A stretch of DNA of 64,000 bases from positions 62,001 through 126,000 of the forward strand of contig NMRA01000003.1 of NCBI GenBank assembly GCA_002633005.1. The letters are read 5' to 3'. Shown piece by piece: positions 62,301-64,000 of the stretch (the first letter of the stretch is position 1; the number at the start of each line of letters is the position of its first letter). The notes under the pieces are model-generated. The model searched no databases and was not told the DNA's origin. It saw nothing but the letters and a program-made list of their open reading frames with translations. The translations under genes and the position numbers were made by a program. The DNA comes from Phoronis australis. Its lineage: Eukaryota > Animalia > Phoronida.

Positions 62301-63698
62301 TTTCATGACTATTACTGTCTGAAAGCAAAAAACACCTAATTTTGATTCTATCTCTTGTTAATACTTGGACCATGATTTCCTGATAAGCAGTCTGGTTGTG
62401 CTGTAGTCATAAAATGACTTGCTTGTTCCAAGTTTTTAGAATGTGTCCTGTTGAAACTTTTCAATGTTTATTGGGAAGAACCCTTCTCATGTGTAGTGTT
62501 GTGTTTCAGGCCTAAAGAGGAGCTCTACACTTGCCTGCTGCTTCAGCTGTACCTGAAAGAACCGTCTGTATTATTCTGGTTAGAACAAAGTACGATAGAC
62601 AGTCTGTTGAGGTGTACAGACACACAGGCACATAGCTCTTGTCAGGTAAGATATAAATGTCACAGCGCATTCAAAGTATGACAATTTTTCAGTGTTGTAT
62701 TTAGGCTTGGCTTACTCATTGTCTTTATTTTGGTATATACTTCTAATATATGTTTAAATTAAAATAAATGTAATATTTGTGATGCTTCACTGAATTGATT
62801 TCTGTTTTAGTTTGATGTGCTCTCCCACCAACTGGTTTCGGCACTAGCCAACATTGAACCAGGGCGGCGCGGTGAAGATAAACTGTATGACACTAACATT
62901 GCCTGTAGAAAGGTGGCCACCAGACATCCCACACTCATGTTGAGGTACATTGTAAATTCTCACAACTAAACATTCCATTTAGGATGCCAGTAAAGCTACT
63001 AAGCTTTGGCAGTCACAAAACATTGAATGATCAGTATGATAAACATTTGGGGAAAGTTGCCATTAAGTGTAAGCGTCAACTTGACGATACTGAGCTTCAT
63101 TGAATCAAAGGACTTTGTTCACTCCTGTTGCATCATGACATCAGTTATAGTGGCTAGTTACTATTGTCTCCATTTGGTAAAATTAGTACAAGCAGTGAAG
63201 AGACGTGTCAACAATATCACTTCATCCTATAGTAGACATGGCTATGGTTTACATTCTGTTGTTTTTTTATGAGCACAGTGTTGGAAATGGCATTCGCATT
63301 ATATTCAAGTTCTCGTTCACTCAGCTCAGAGGGGTAGGAGGCACCTTTATGCAATGCTTGGTTGTCAGCCTGTAAAGCCAGGGTTTGAAACCCGGCCCAA
63401 GTCTCTAAAATTGGATTCCGGAGCTCAATTCTCTGAGCCACACTGTCTGTTTTTGCCATAGTAAACAAGCAAGTATTTTCATCATTGTTATTCCATTATT
63501 TACAGACAGCTGTCTATGATTGGCGGTTTGTTGCGAGGTCGTGTCAACTATACCATGACAGAGTTTCAGAACCGTAATCACTTGGCCCTGTTCACCCATG
63601 TGTTGGGACTACTAGAACTCCTGCAGCCCTATATCTTCCACAGTGAGCACAGTAGTGCACTCAGTGACACTCTACAGGCCTTCTTTGATCTGGTCAAG
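35316..63698 (+). CDS. INTS1: Integrator complex subunit 1, 39 coding exons (1842 codons) in window; C-terminus beyond the right edge
   Basis: Exons: 35316-35364, 38324-38356, 39415-39651, 40127-40323, 40553-40690, 41636-41789, 42735-42852, 43434-43620, 44230-44375, 44778-44919, 45104-45280, 45681-45910, 46183-46260, 46666-46823, 47040-47136, 48219-48310, 48486-48546, 49005-49080, 49489-49601, 50011-50140, 50780-50941, 51239-51388, 51832-51990, 52782-52886, 53458-53622, 53781-53892, 54859-55017, 55389-55637, 57547-57665, 58189-58251, 58459-58512, 58973-59068, 59357-59661, 60225-60473, 60991-61078, 61982-62196, 62510-62645, 62811-62944, 63506-63698; all GT-AG with phases that join. Diagnostic peptides: HAPPGDFIALG, IEGLLCGAVKSLK, YVEDCLGDRTWVD, RLEMWLQNPK, IYNELSQSRNPNNM, DNWPPETDR, NLYWKAW, MPWLAELVES, LVDTSEEALLLPDWLKLRMIRS, LLIDWLE, QPYLLSLLTH. 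Confidence 0.95.
35514..36282. mobile_element. Non-autonomous TIR element, unclassified, in an INTS1 intron
   Basis: GTAATTGTTTACAATATGGCAATTGACCTA / TAGGTCAATTCGTCATATTGTAAACAATTAC, an inverted repeat of about 30 bp. Confidence 0.65.
36757..37385. mobile_element. Tc1/mariner-like MITE
   Basis: TA|CAGGGG...CCCCTG|TA termini with a degenerate ~20-bp TIR. Confidence 0.45.
39780..39970 (-). mobile_element. tRNA-derived SINE relic
   Basis: Minus strand reads AGCAGTGTGGCCTAGTAGG (A-box-like) ... GTGGGTTCGAATTCC (B-box) followed by a non-tRNA body; no full cloverleaf. Confidence 0.55.
42103..42240 (+). repeat. ~69-bp tandem duplication (2 copies)
   Basis: ACGAAACAAACAAA...GGAAATGTTTAAAAG.CAACTTG...TATGCTTGACAT.GGTC at 42103 and 42172. 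Confidence 0.85.
45559..45660 (+). repeat. Degenerate ~29-bp tandem repeat (TTGCAGACATTCA core) just upstream of the INTS1 acceptor at 45681
   Basis: Repeated (T)GCAG(A/C)CATTCA units read directly. Confidence 0.75.
48640..48968 (+). repeat. Degenerate ~70-bp minisatellite x5
   Basis: TATTCTG...CTCTAACCAT core at about 48666, 48738, 48808, 48878 and 48948. Confidence 0.9.
53293..53478 (+). repeat. Tandem repeat (5 units) copying the INTS1 exon-25 acceptor
   Basis: TGAACCA(T/C)T(A/G)CAG units with AG at 53305-6, 53347-8, 53378-9, 53428-9 and the functional 53456-7. Confidence 0.9.
55798..57201. mobile_element. Tc1/mariner (pogo/Tigger-like) non-autonomous element, 1404 bp
   Basis: TA TSD at 55796-7 and 57202-3; TIR CCGTATTTGCCGTAATAACCGCCCA / TGGGCGGTTATTACGGCGAATACGG (24/25); no transposase ORF. 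Confidence 0.85.
58707..58972 (+). repeat. Degenerate ~29-bp minisatellite (~9 units) ending in the INTS1 exon-32 acceptor
   Basis: Unit GTGCGTCTGCTCATTTCAGTAATCCAATA; the last unit supplies TCTGCTCATTTCAG|TTG at 58972/58973. Confidence 0.9.
61581..61900. mobile_element. Degenerate TIR MITE (Tc1/mariner-like)
   Basis: CTATTGCAAAAATTCTCCAATTTGGG / CCCAAACTGGAGAACTTTTACCATAG inverted repeat (22/26). Confidence 0.6.
63320..63447 (-). mobile_element. tRNA-derived SINE head relic
   Basis: Minus strand reads CAGTGTGGCTCAGAG (A-box-like) ... CCGGGTTTCAAACCCTG (B-box-like), followed by CAAGCATTGCATAAAGGTGCCTCC. Confidence 0.45.
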
Positions 63699-64000
63699 GT
63701 GACTAATCTTTCATGACAACAACCACCATCATTTGATGGACTTGTCAAATTACTAGCACAAAGTCATAAATCTGTAGCATTTGTGTCGATTCAAATCTTG
63801 AAATTGTGATGGATATCCAGGCCTGCATTTCGTAGATGCATAAACATATGATAACGCAAGTCTTCTGAATATATTGTCGGGCATTACAAGCAAAGCACAT
63901 GATTTCATTTAGTTTTTCTCACGATTGTCTTTGGTCAATGCAGTTAGATGTTGGTGACCTATATCTACAGAAAGGAATTCAACGTAATATTAGTAAGTGT

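Noticed and set aside
1-64000. Most short ORFs in the supplied six-frame track
   Set aside because: They are either exon fragments read into introns or chance ORFs in AT-rich intron and TE sequence with no recognisable motifs.

Overview
AT-rich, intron-rich animal (invertebrate-type) genomic DNA; no prokaryotic features, CRISPR arrays, rRNA or intact tRNA genes were seen. Three spliced genes were reconstructed by hand from GT-AG junctions with consistent codon phases. (1) The 5' part of an ABCG2/white-type ABC half-transporter on the minus strand (10 coding exons, 268-15068, running off the left edge). (2) A complete peroxisomal mitochondrial-carrier-family gene SLC25A17/PMP34 on the minus strand (9 coding exons, 24534-32857, 306 aa). 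(3) Head-to-head with it, Integrator subunit 1 (INTS1) on the plus strand (39 coding exons, 35316-63698, 1842 codons, running off the right edge). Introns hold many non-autonomous elements: two Kolobok-like TTAA elements sharing one TTAA (one with THAP-like and KolX-like remnants), Tc1/mariner-type MITEs, Helentron-associated (HINE-like) elements with internal tandem arrays, a tiny hairpin MITE with 8-bp TSDs, and tRNA-derived SINE relics. The most unusual pattern is recurrent short duplications that copy true splice sites in all three genes, creating decoy junctions; every one that was checked is frameshifted, stop-containing or mutated.
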